DNA of 63,933 nucleotides, counting the filler, from Basidiobolus ranarum (lineage: Eukaryota), in the NCBI GenBank assembly GCA_040143965.1. It is 46 parts of 46 records of this genome, joined end to end, with 100 filler letters (N's around TTAATTAATTAA, not from the genome) between each part and the next. Parts side by side here need not be neighbours in the genome. Positions count along the whole stretch, not along the records: positions 37,649 to 38,939 come from JASJQH010005666.1; positions 39,040 to 40,330 come from JASJQH010005667.1; positions 40,431 to 41,721 come from JASJQH010005668.1; positions 41,822 to 43,111 come from JASJQH010005669.1; positions 43,212 to 44,501 come from JASJQH010005670.1; positions 44,602 to 45,891 come from JASJQH010005671.1; positions 45,992 to 47,281 come from JASJQH010005672.1; positions 47,382 to 48,671 come from JASJQH010005673.1; 38 more parts are not named here. One strand, 5' to 3'. Below the pieces are notes generated by a model. The model saw only the letters and a program-made list of their open reading frames with translations. It was not told the origin of the DNA and did not search any database. This document shows positions 37,649 to 49,069 of the stretch, piece by piece; position 1 is the first letter of the stretch, and the number at the start of each line of letters is the position of its first letter. Made by a program: the position numbers and the translations under genes.

Positions 37649-38939
37649 TCTTGTTACTGTTCACAATGAGAATAAGCTCTTGGATTTTGGCAAATTTCTG
37701 TAAAGAATCCAACCAATATATCCCCAACTTGCAGTCAACAAATGTCCTGCCACAAATAGATATGTCATTGCTTGAATAGATTACCCCATGGCTAAAACAA
37801 TAATATGGCATATCTTGCTCTGTATCACCAAGAAGTTGGTCTTGCAGCTTTCCTAAAAATACCATCAGATCATTGCACAAGCAAATTAGTCCAAATCATA
37901 GAGGTACTTACTCTGTGTTCATGGGTTGGGCTTTGGAGCTGTTATTGTGCTCAAACAATGTGAAAACCATGAGCACATTGAAAAGAGCCCTTTGTTGGCA
38001 GGTCAATACACTCTGGAGTCTCCTTAGCCCATTGCATTACATCCATCAGTGATTTTGCCCTAACAAAATAAAATCAATTTGATACGGATTGGATCCTCCC
38101 TCCAAAACAGCAAAACCATCAGAGAACCATCACAATTTTGGTGGCTTACATTCTGCCAGGAATTTTGATGGTGTAACAGCAGTTTCTTGACAGTATTCTT
38201 ACATTTTAAAATATTGATCCTCAAATTTGGCTTGCATTATTCAATATCTGGCAATTTTTGCAAAAAGAAATTTTCAAATGGCAAATTACTGGGTTTACTG
38301 CTGTAGGAATTTGAAATAATATGCATGCCTTTATTTAGATATTCTAGGCTTTGTATCCCAGTCATAATGAGAATCAAAAAATACAAGAATCTTGTTGTAT
38401 TTAGTCTCTACCTATGCACATACTTGACTGACTAGATATAACTCAACAACATCAATATGCCTTACCAGCAAACTAATGGTGGAAAAATTGCTAAACAACT
38501 GAAATTTTGAATAGTACTAACACCTGGCAAATAGCTGACTCTTGTTACTGTTCACAATGAGAATAAGCTCTTGGATTTTGGCAAATTTCTGTAAAGAATT
38601 CAACCAATATATCCCCAACTTGCAGTCAATAAATGTCTTGCCACAAGTAGTTGTGTCATTGCTTGAATAGATTACCCCATGGCTAAAACAATAATACTGC
38701 ATATCTTTATCTATCTCATCAAGAAGTCTGTCTTGCAGCTTTCCAAAAAATACTGTCAGATTATCACACAAGCAAATTAGTCCAATTATTGAGATACCTA
38801 CTCTGGGTCCATGGATTAGGCTTTGTTGCTGTTATTGTGCTCAAACAATGTAAAAACCAGTGAGCACATTGAAAAGAGCCCTTTGTTGGCAGATTAATAT
38901 ACTCTGGAGTCTTCTTAACCCATTGCATTACATCCATCA
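37649..38939 (-). mobile_element. Two nested CCCTA-type elements (inner R end starts at 38058)
   Basis: 37649-38057 is repeated in the same orientation at ~38540-38939, with TIR CCCTAACAAAAT at the junction. Confidence 0.8.
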
Positions 38940-39039
38940 NNNNNNNNNNNNNNNNNNNNNNNNNNNNNNNNNNNNNNNNNNNNTTAATTAATTAANNNNN
39001 NNNNNNNNNNNNNNNNNNNNNNNNNNNNNNNNNNNNNNN

Positions 39040-40191
39040 TTATTGATTTATTGAGTAGAAAGTTGACATTTATAGTTTTGTCAAGATGTAAACAAACTAA
39101 CGTGTAGAATATGTTAAGGAAGGTCCCAGGAACATGTGTGCAAAGTTTGGTGCTTCTAGCACAAGTTTGAAAAATCTATATATCTGAGAACTTCTAAGTT
39201 GGTAAAAAATATTCTAAGTAAATTCCAATTGAGAATAATTGATAATATCTTAGTGAATTACAAGATAACTAAGTACTAAGCTATATATGACTATATAGGT
39301 GTTTAGGCAATGCTAATTTCAACAATATATAGCTTATTACATAATTATTGTATATTTTGCTACAATATTATCCATTATTCTCAATTGATATTTACTTGTA
39401 AGATTTTTACTAACTTGGAAGTTCTGAGATATATAGATTTTTCAAACTTGTGCTAGAAGCCTCAAACCTTTCACATATGCTCCTAGGACCTGTTAAAGTG
39501 CTTGGGAGCCTATTGGAAGTGGTTTGGAGAATTAGAGAAATTGGTGGTTTTCACTTGTTGATTTATTGAGTAGAAGGTTGTAGTTTGTAGTTTTGACAAG
39601 ATGTAAGCAAGCTAAGATGTATAATATGTTAAGAAAGGTCCCAGGAGCATGTGTAAAAGGTTTGAGGCTTCTAGCACAAGTTTGAAAAATCTATATATCT
39701 CAGAACTTCCAAGTTAGTAAAAATATTCCAAGTTAATTCCAATTGAGAATAATGGATTATATCTTAGTGAAATATAAGATAACTAAGTTCTAAGCTATAT
39801 ATGACTATATAGGTGTTTAGGCAATGCCAATTTCTTCAATATCAGTATAAAGAAATATCCTTAGAAATCTTGGCTATCTTGTTCTTTTGAGCTTATACAT
39901 TTTTACTATATTAGTAAGTCATCACATATTATGTTGAAATTAGCATAGCCCAAGCATCTATATGGTTGTATCTAGCTTAGTATTTAGTTATTATATATTT
40001 TGCTAAGATATCATTCACTATTCTCAAGAGGAATATACTTGGAAGTTCTTAGATATATGGATTTTTTAAACTTGTCCTAGAAGCCCCAAACTCTGTACAC
40101 ATGTTCCTGGGACCTTCCTTAACATATTCTACATGTTAGTTTGTTTACATTGTGACAAAACTATGAATGTCAACTGAATACTCAATAAATC
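39040..40191. mobile_element. Cluster of four LTR family D copies/fragments in both orientations
   Basis: 39040-39324 (-), ~39325-39490 (+), 39491-~39841 (-), 39932-~40191 (+). Confidence 0.8.
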
Positions 40192-40330
40192 AGTAGCAAA
40201 GTTTAATTCCATCAGAACCGTACTTGCAGTAGCAGCAAAACACAGCTTAAAAATCCATCAAATGGATGTTAAAACTGCTTTTTTGAATGGGGACTTGGAA
40301 GAGGATATATTCATGGATCAACCAGATGGT
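40192..40330 (+). pseudogene. Ty1/copia RT fragment
   Basis: VAKFNSIRTVLAVAA...HQMDVKTAFLNG. Confidence 0.88.
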
Positions 40331-40430
40331 NNNNNNNNNNNNNNNNNNNNNNNNNNNNNNNNNNNNNNNNNNNNTTAATTAATTAANNNNNNNNNNNNNN
40401 NNNNNNNNNNNNNNNNNNNNNNNNNNNNNN

Positions 40431-41529
40431 TGTAACAGCAGTATATCTGAACAATAGGAGTTTCACAAGAAGTCTGTCCAACTCTACACCATATCAAGCT
40501 TGGTTTGGAGTTAAACCTGATGTAAAACATTTGAGGATTTTAGGATGCATTGTTTATGTCAAAATTATGACCAAAAATCGGTTTAAATTTGACTCAAAAA
40601 GTAAGAAATGCATATTTCTGGGTATTGCACTCAAACTAGAACCTACTGACTCTATGATACCAGAATTTCCAAGATAATCAAGTCCAGGGAGGTTTTGTTA
40701 AACAAAAATGAAAATGTTCACCCAAAATGACCTCAGTTGATGACAAAAATCAATTTTCTCCTGATCCAATCATTCAAATTGATTCAAGCCAAAACAATGA
40801 AGAAAATAGTAATCTTGTGGACACTTCAACCAAATTTTTGCCTACTGAAGTGCCCAATACAATGCCAGAAGTTATGGTACCTTTATCCTAAACCATGTGA
40901 TCAAACCAGATTGGAAATTGGGCTGATGACTATATCAATGAGTCCCAGAATTGGGCTTATGCCTGCACAGCTCAAATACATGAACCCCAGACTGTAAAAG
41001 AGGCCCTTAATGTTCCCTGCATGAATTTTTGGAGATCTGCTATGGCTGATGAGTACCAGGCTTTGATTGAAAATCAAACTTGGATTTTAACTAACTTACC
41101 TGATGATAGAAAATCAACTGGCTGCCAATGGGTGTTTGAAGTTATATACAACTCCAATGGCAATATAGAAGGGTACAATGCTAGACTAGAATCCGAAGGC
41201 TATTCCCAAACACCAGGTATAGATTATAAAGAAACTCTTGCTCCTGTAGCAAAGTTTAGTTCAATTAGATTGACTTTGGCAATTTCAGCTATATATCAGT
41301 TTATTAAGCATCAAATTGATGTTTAAACTGCTTTTTTGAATGGTGAGCTTGCTGAGGAGATCTATATGGACCTGCCAGACATATATGTGGACTCAGAACA
41401 CCCTAAAAATGCTTGCAGCCTCTGGAAAACACTCTATGGCTTAAAACAATCTCAAACAGCTTGGAATAGCAAGATTGATGATTTTTTTGAAGCATTCAAA
41501 TTTGAAAGGAGTAATGCTGACTATAGTAT
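40431..41529 (+). pseudogene. Ty1/copia integrase C-terminus - RT fragment
   Basis: KPDVKHLRILGC; AMADEYQALIENQTW; LYGLKQ. Confidence 0.9.
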
Positions 41530-41711
41530 GGACTTGTTCTCTGTGATAGTGCCAGATTGTGCTGTATAGATCATATTGGATAAAGTATTCTAAAATTTAT
41601 GCGGCACAATTTGGCACTATCCATCACCCTCTGGCATGATCAATTTCAATCACATTTACTCTAATATATTGATCCAAGGTCTGATAAATCTTGGCACAAT
41701 GGAACAAGTCC
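41530..41711. mobile_element. 182-bp Tourist-like MITE (PIF/Harbinger superfamily)
   Basis: Perfect 10-bp TIR GGACTTGTTC/GAACAAGTCC and 3-bp TSD TAT; interrupts copia RT right after ADYS. Confidence 0.75.
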
Positions 41712-41821
41712 TATCAATTAGNNNNNNNNNNNNNNNNNNNNNNNNNNNNNNNNNNNNNNNNNNNNTTAATTAATTAANNNNNNNNNNNNNNNNNNNNNNN
41801 NNNNNNNNNNNNNNNNNNNNN

Positions 41822-42800
41822 AGCTGTAATGATTGGTATGACAGCAGAGATTGAGATGTATGGTGAAGAAACATTTTTGAAGATGGTTGGCCCAACTGCT
41901 TGCCCAATATTGCAACAGCTCATTGAAGTTTTCCAATGGTTGGTATGTGATCCCTTCTACTTGCATATTGTTGATCTTGAGTCCATGATTCTTTTTTGGT
42001 GATGTTCTTGCTACATATCCAGGAGCTGCACAATAGAGGCATTGATTCTCTTGTTGGCATCAATATTTCTTCTCAGGGCTAAGCTTTCTGAATTGAGTTC
42101 TATGAATTTGCATTGGGTCATCTGCTTGAGCTGTATTTTGTGTTTAATGGAAGGGAGGTTTGAAAGTTGATGAGGAAGGAGAGAAGAAAGGAGCCATAAA
42201 TCTTTGTTGTTGTCTTTCAGACAACCAGTTGCCATATTTGACTGCCTGATGGATTGAATCAGTCAAGATCACTGGGTCAGCCATAGTGAGTAAAAGATCC
42301 TTCATATTCTCTTGGAGTCCATATTGGAATTGGCTGATCAAGGCAGATTCTCCCCAATTGTGATCACAGGCCAGAAGGTGGAAATCTGCAGCTAAAGTTG
42401 ATGCAGGCTTTGACCCTTGTGTAAGTACACAGAGCTTGGTGGCTGAGGTTCTTTCCTTATCTGCATTTCCAAATGTGGCTTCCAATTCAGCAAGAAAGGC
42501 AAGGAAGTTTGACAGAAGTGGAGATTGCCTTTCTATCAAAGGAGCAAACCAATATAGAGCTGCTCCTGATAATAGTGTTCCCACTAGGCCTACTTTTATT
42601 TTGTCAGAGGGGTAGCAATGGGGATGCAGCTGGATGATGAGTTTTACTTGGTTAATAAAACCACAATAGTTTTTGCAAGTGCCATCACACTTATTTGGTA
42701 AGGAGATCTTGGGTTCAGGAGTTGGATTTGCAGGATAGTTGGGTGGAGCTGGATTCTGTACTTGAGCAAGAGAAGTGCAAAGTTCATGATTTTCTTGCTG
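41822..42800 (-). pseudogene. Ty3/gypsy gag (PEG10/Retrotrans_gag-like)
   Basis: EPKISLPNK.DG...GTLLSGAALYWFAPL...WGESALISQFQYGL; overlaps in homology with 12120-12470. Confidence 0.88.
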
Positions 42801-43211
42801 AAGCTAAGTGCTCACATGTAATCTTCTATTGTGGGGGCTGGTGTGGACATAATACTTATTATGTTTGGAGGGGGAAGTTTTAAAATATCTCAAGTTTCTC
42901 TAGGAATATTAATCACAATGCAGTGTCCAACTTTCAGTTGAAGAAATGATTGGCATCTTGACAAAAGAATATGCTGGTATCAATGTCCATTGATCTTGAT
43001 CCAGTACTAAAGCTTCTTTGATCAAAAACCACTGTAAACTCAACCTGTAGTGTCTTGACAAGTATGCCCCTAGATCAATTATCCAGAGGTGAAAGGTACC
43101 TTTTCCTTGGCNNNNNNNNNNNNNNNNNNNNNNNNNNNNNNNNNNNNNNNNNNNNTTAATTAATTAANNNNNNNNNNNNNNNNNNNNNNNNNNNNNNNNN
43201 NNNNNNNNNNN

Positions 43212-43961
43212 GTGAAATTAATCAAAATTTCATCCAATTTGGCCCAAAATGACTCAAATCAAAGCCAGTAGTTCCCTTATCAATCCATGGTGGGTAGTTT
43301 AATGTATACCATGGTTGGGACACATCCAGACATTGCTGTGGCAGTAAGAACTGTCAGTCAATATCTCAAAAATCCAGGATCTGAGCACAAAACTGCAGTA
43401 AAATAAAAGTTCTGGTATTTGAGAGGAACTGTAGATCTAGTTCTGGAACACTCTGCCACTCCTGATGCATGCAATTTTGAAGGCTACAAAGATGCAGACT
43501 GGGGAAGAAACCTTGATGATAGAAGATGAACAACTGGGTACACTTTTCTCAATGGTAATGGAGCCATAACTTGGAATAATAAGGAGCAACCAACTGTAAC
43601 ATTTTCCACTACAGAAGCAGAGTGTATTGCTGCCTCAGCTACTACACAAGAAGCTATGTGGTTAAGGAAGTTATTTACAGACTTACGATGCATGCCAAAA
43701 CATGCTATTAATGTATTTGCAGACAATCATAGTTGTATTTCATTAGTTAAAAACCCAACATTTCATGCTAGAACACAACATATAGATATTAGGCATCATT
43801 TTGTTAGAGAAGCAATAGAGAATGATATAATTGAACTTGTCTATTGCGTAATGAAGAAATGATAGCTGATATCTTAACAAACCTTTAGCTAAAGCACAAT
43901 TTGAATTATTAAGTTATAAGTTAGGTTTAAGAGAAATACAAAGTAATTAGTTAAGTGGGAA
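43212..43961 (+). pseudogene. Ty1/copia RT-RNase H 3' end with PPT
   Basis: DADWG, STTEAE, NPTFHARTQHIDIRHHFVRE; PPT AGTTAAGTGGGAA. Confidence 0.92.
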
Positions 43962-44235
43962 TGTTGAAATTAGGTGAATAGCAACTCATTATTTAGTAGT
44001 GAGTTGATTCATATTCAATTATTTAGCACTCAATTCTGTCATTCAAAAACATGTGTTTATTGCTCTAATTGATAGAGATATCAATTAGATCAGTTTTACC
44101 AATTTTCACTATTTTCTCAAAACTTCTCCAAATCACTTCAAATTTTCACCCATGCTTGAGAGGCATGTTTTTTATGATCTAAGCATGTCCAATAGTCCTA
44201 TCTCATAGTAAACAATAAATAGGACATATTCAATA
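43962..44235 (+). mobile_element. Copia 3' LTR family C, interrupted at ~44235
   Basis: TGTTGAAATTAGG start directly after the PPT; homology stops ~75 bp before the normal TATCA end. Confidence 0.88.
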
Positions 44236-44259
44236 TGGAAAATATTTAGGGACAAATAT

Positions 44260-44332
44260 TGGTCTGGCCAGGATTTGAACCTGGGACCTCCTTCACTCTA
44301 GCAAGGAGCTCTAACCACTGAACTACCAGTCC
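44260..44332 (-). ncRNA. tRNA-like sequence (73 nt, anticodon position AGA, short variable loop); probably pseudo-tRNA or tRNA-derived element
   Basis: GGACTGG TA GTTC AGTGGTTA GAGC T CCTTG CTAGAGT GAAGG AGGTC CCAGG TTCAAAT CCTGG CCAGACC A. Box A and box B are intact; mismatches at 3:70 and 31:39. Confidence 0.8.
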
Positions 44333-44601
44333 TTTTATGCTATGCCTATATTGCTAGGGAACCTTAACCTAGTCTGTCAATGTATGATACTTTGGCATTT
44401 CAGCTATACAAGCAACTGATTGGCCTTAGACTTTGTGTCCAGATGCAGTCACCATACTCCATATTTTCCTCTTTGGGATTTACTGCTTGTACCACAAGTC
44501 ANNNNNNNNNNNNNNNNNNNNNNNNNNNNNNNNNNNNNNNNNNNNTTAATTAATTAANNNNNNNNNNNNNNNNNNNNNNNNNNNNNNNNNNNNNNNNNNN
44601 N

Positions 44602-44898
44602 TAGGAGGGCACTGGAGAAGCAACCGCCATAGATGATTTTCTGGACGGATGGATAGGCAGCGACAAAAGCGGGGTCCAAACCACCACCAGCGGTATAGGC
44701 AAAGGTACCAATTAGCGCAACGAAAACACCGGCCATGAAACCATTCATGCATTGTCCATACCAGGTTCGTTCCGCTTTATGAATAGCAATGTTACAAATC
44801 TCTTGCTCAACTTCGGCGGCGGTGTTGTACATTCGTGGCAGTGATTTAGCATCAATGGCCGTTTCACTTGAATCTTTGTCAGTAAACGGAAGTGACAT
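44602..44898 (-). CDS. Formate-nitrite transporter (FNT) family, 5' fragment
   Basis: IHKAERTW...GFMAGVFVALIG...PSVQKIIYGGCFS; CpG normal; TATA-like upstream. Confidence 0.85.
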
Positions 44899-45749
44899 AG
44901 TGAACTAGTATCAGCAGTAAATTAGAATTACAGACTAAGGATATACGTCTCTTATGCGCCATTAGCTATTTATATGTGAAGCATGTAATGCTTGAAGGAC
45001 TCGTGGCCAAGATACTAAAAGATTCTCATTATTCCTCATTATTACCATCGACTGAACTAGCCACATTTCTGTCCGATTTGCCTATATTTAGTGCCGGAAG
45101 CTTAATTTAAGGTTGACTCTTTGATGATTTCGTTTAGCTATATCAGTCCTTTATCTACATTATACTTATCACTAATACTAAGATGGTAAAGCTTAGATAG
45201 ATACTATGTCACCAACCGATACTTCATGACAGTGGGTTCTCGACTGACTGCAGCATATCGATTCCAGTCAAATCGTCATTAGGTTATCGATCAAACCTAA
45301 ACGAATTCCGCCGTTCTCGCCATATTCCAATATTGGCCAATAAATGACTCTATGATTCAACAAAATTACTTCACCTACCAAATTCAGTTTCCCAAATTAG
45401 AATAGGCTAAAGTAGTTCTAAAATAGAAGGTATTTAGACAGTACGCGATCACTTCAAATCTTTCCGATGTTCTTAAAACTCGACGACTTTTCGTTAATTC
45501 TTATCAGCTTAGTCTGGATCCTTAGCCTACACCAATTTTGTCATTAGAATAGTGGAGTTGAACTGCAAATATTTTGGATTCAACATAAGCTCAAAGGTTA
45601 ATTGTAATGAATAAGCCGTATTTGAATATGTGAATAAACTCAAGTGTCTTCTTAGATACATTCTATCTGGTTTATTTAGGAATATTCAGTAATAGAAATA
45701 ATATATGTACAATTAATGTGCATCTCCAGCGAGGAAAGAAAAGTCTAAT

Positions 45750-45890
45750 TTAATGATGCTTCGGGTTAAGGAAGAACGCATTGAGGCCAACAAATGCGCC
45801 ACCAACGATGTTACCTAGTATGACTGGAATCAGATTCTTGACGATGAAATCAGCCACAGTAACCTTGGCACCATACATCATTCCGATGGG
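45750..45890 (-). CDS. Second FNT-family gene, 3' fragment (not in ORF track)
   Basis: PIGMMYGAKVTVADFIVKNLIPVILGNIVGGAFVGLNAFFLNPKHH*, containing the FNT C-terminal signature NLIPV.LGN.VGG. Confidence 0.88.
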   Translation of the reverse strand, partial: PIGMMYGAKVTVADFIVKNLIPVILGNIVGGAFVGLNAFFLNPKHH

Positions 45891-45991
45891 GNNNNNNNNN
45901 NNNNNNNNNNNNNNNNNNNNNNNNNNNNNNNNNNNTTAATTAATTAANNNNNNNNNNNNNNNNNNNNNNNNNNNNNNNNNNNNNNNNNNNN

Positions 45992-46288
45992 TATACTCCT
46001 GGTGTATTACGGCTAATATTCAAATTGCTACAGCAGTAAACCCAGTGATATGCCATTCTAAAATTAGATTTTGTAAAAATTGCTTGATATTGAACAATGC
46101 ATGCCAAGTTTGAAGATCAATATTTTAACATGTATGAATATCATCAAAATACCATCACAAAACTGCTATCACTCCCTAAAAATCCCTGACAGAATGCAAG
46201 CCACCAATAATTTGACAGTTTTCTGACAGTTTTGCTATTTTGACGGGTGGATCCAATCCGGATCAAGTTGATTTTACTTTTGTTAAGG
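45992..46288 (+). mobile_element. CCCTA-type R end
   Basis: ...GGATCCAATCCGGATC...TTTTGTTAAGG. Confidence 0.72.
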
Positions 46289-46930
46289 TAAATTGAATTC
46301 CTTGATGTATTGCTCCTTTCAGATAGCATATTATCTGACTCACAGCTATCCAATGTTCCATTGCAGGATTTTCCATATATTTGCTTACTATGCTTACTGC
46401 TGTAGCAAGATCAGGCCTGGTACTAGTTGTTGCATATATGAGACTTCCAATTGCACTATGGTAAGGAATATGCTTCATGATTTCAATATCTTCAGAGGTC
46501 TTTGGTTCCATATCCTTAGTGAGTTTCTATATATGTAGTGGATTTGAATCTGTTTACATTGTGACATATTGAAACTGTTTAAAACATCTCCAATATATTT
46601 TTCTTATGTAATATGGAGTGTTACAGTAGTGGAATTTTGATGTACCTGAATTACAAGACAATATGCTAGTGATCCAAGATCATGCATTTCAAACTTGGTA
46701 GATAGCCAGGTCTTAGTTTGTTTCATCAGATTTGGGCAATTACTAACTATTATGATATCATCAACATCGAGAGCATTTATCACTTTCATGGCTTTGATAG
46801 TCTTGAAATATATGCAGTGATCAGCTTTGCTACAATGGAAAATATGTTTCATGAAAATCTGATTGATTTTGGTATTTCATGCACAAGGAGCCTGTTTCAG
46901 ACCATATAGACTTCTCTGTAGTTCACATAG
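46289..46930 (-). pseudogene. Ty1/copia RT fragment
   Basis: DVDDIIIVSN; PYHSAIGSLIYATTSTRPDL. Confidence 0.9.
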
Positions 46931-47281
46931 CCCTAACAGAAATTTGAGGATGGTTATTGTAGGAAAACCATCACAATTTCAATCTATTTGGGATGGACCA
47001 TCTACTTACCATCATAAATTGTCAAGTTATATTTGATTTTGATTAATTTTTTCACTTTCAGGAGTGAAATTTCAAGATCTTGCAAAATAGTTGCCCATGA
47101 GTGGATACAATCTCAGAGAACTATGGATCTACACATGTGCAAAAACCATAACTCAAATTTTATACAATTACCACTTGAGCACTAATTTGTCACCTTCAAA
47201 ATCCCTAGTCTCTTTGATATATTCTCCTGAGTATTTTTATAGAGTTCTTCATACCCAAGGTTTAGCTCACACCCAACACAA
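46931..47281 (+). mobile_element. CCCTA-type L end
   Basis: CCCTAACAGAAATTTGAGG. Confidence 0.75.
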
Positions 47282-47381
47282 NNNNNNNNNNNNNNNNNNN
47301 NNNNNNNNNNNNNNNNNNNNNNNNNTTAATTAATTAANNNNNNNNNNNNNNNNNNNNNNNNNNNNNNNNNNNNNNNNNNNN

Positions 47382-48671
47382 ATCAGCAGCCAATTGATTT
47401 TCTATCATCAGATAAGTTGGTTAGAATACAAGTTTGATTATCCAATAAAGCCTGGTACTCATCAGCCATTGCAGATCTCCAAAATTCTGTGTGAGGGCCA
47501 TTCAGGGCCTCTTTTACAGTCTGGGGTTCATATATTTCAGCTGTGCAGGCATAGGCCAAATTTTGGGACGCATTGATCTAGTAATTAGGGCTATTTCTGA
47601 TCCAATTTGATCTCCTTGTTTGGGATAAAGGTACTACAACTTCTGGTATTGAATTGGGCACTTCAGTAGGCAAAACTTTGGTTGAAGGGTCCACAAGAAT
47701 GCTGTTTTCTTCATTGTTTTAGTTTGAATCAATTTGACTGATTGGATCAGGAGAAAATTGATTTTTGTCATTATCTGAGGTCATTTTGGGTGAATATTTT
47801 CCATTTTCATTAAACAAAACATCCCTGGACTTGATTAACTTGGAATTTTTGGTTTCATAGAGTCTGCAGGCCTTAGTTTGAGTACAATAACCCACAAGTA
47901 TGCATTTCTTACTTTTTGGATCATATTTGGACCAATTTTTAGTCATAATTTTGACATAAGCAATGGATTCAAAGATCCTCAAATGTTTTACATCAGGTTT
48001 AACTCCAAACCAAGCTTGCTATGGTATAGAGTTAGAAAGACTTCTAGTAAGGCTCCTATTCTTCAGATATACAGCTGAAGCAACAGATTCTGCCCAAAAG
48101 TAATGAGATAAATTTTTTGCATTTATCATAGATCTTGCCATTTCTATTATAGTCCTGGTAGCTCTTTCAGTGACTCCATTTTGTTGAGATGAATAGGCAG
48201 CAGTAGTTTCTTGCTTAATTCCATGAACTTTGCAAAAGTGCTTAAATAGTGGTGAAGTATATTTTCCACCATTTTCAGTATGTATTTTCTTGATTTTAGT
48301 TCTAGTTTCAGTCTCCACCATTGTATCTTGTATAATCATCAATAAATATGATTAAATATATTTTTCCACCTAAAGATAAATTTTGCATAGGTCCACACAA
48401 ATCTGAATGAATTAGATCCAATTTTTTGACAGATTTGATTAAACCAGAGCTCTTGAATGGCTGCCTGGCTTGCTTTCCTTATATACAACCCTCACAAATT
48501 TCCATTTTGGTTGGGGGGGGGTTAATTGAATTCCAAAAATTAGGTGATGTTTGATCATTTTGCTAAAATAATCAAATGCAATATGGCCAAATCTCTTATG
48601 CAACAGTTGAATAGTTTCTTGATTGGAATAACTTATATTTACACATAAACCTTTTGGATTACATGTAAGTT
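47382..48671 (-). pseudogene. Ty1/copia integrase region
   Basis: IHSDLCGPM; ENGGKY; SSQQNGVTERATRTIIEMARSM; FWAESV. Confidence 0.92.
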
Positions 48672-48935
48672 NNNNNNNNNNNNNNNNNNNNNNNNNNNNN
48701 NNNNNNNNNNNNNNNTTAATTAATTAANNNNNNNNNNNNNNNNNNNNNNNNNNNNNNNNNNNNNNNNNNNNGTTATTGCTGGAATAGATTACCCATGGCT
48801 AAAACAATGATACATCATATCTTGATCTATCTGACCAAGAAGTTGGGCATGCAGCTTGCCTAAAATACCATCAGATTATCACACAAGCAAATTAGTCTGA
48901 TTATAGAGGTAATTGCTCTGTGTCCATGGATTGTG

Positions 48936-49067
48936 CTTTATTGCTGTTATTGTACTCAAACAATGCAAAAACCCATGAGCTTTGTTGCTATTATTGTGCT
49001 CAAACAATGCAAAAACCCATGAGCTTTGTTGCTGTTATTGTGCTCAAACAATGCAAAAACCCATGAG
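48936..49067. repeat. Three tandem 44-bp units
   Basis: CTTTGTTGCTGTTATTGTGCTCAAACAATGCAAAAACCCATGAG at 48936, 48980 and 49024; single-copy in other transposase copies. Confidence 0.9.
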
Positions 49068-49069
49068 CA

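Noticed and set aside
44260-44332. Functional tRNA-Ser(AGA) or evidence of genetic-code reassignment
   Set aside because: No long variable arm, mismatches in the acceptor and anticodon stems, A rather than G discriminator, and a repeat-like CpG-free context.
48936-49067. CRISPR array
   Set aside because: Units are directly adjacent with no spacers, derive from transposase coding sequence, and no cas genes are present.
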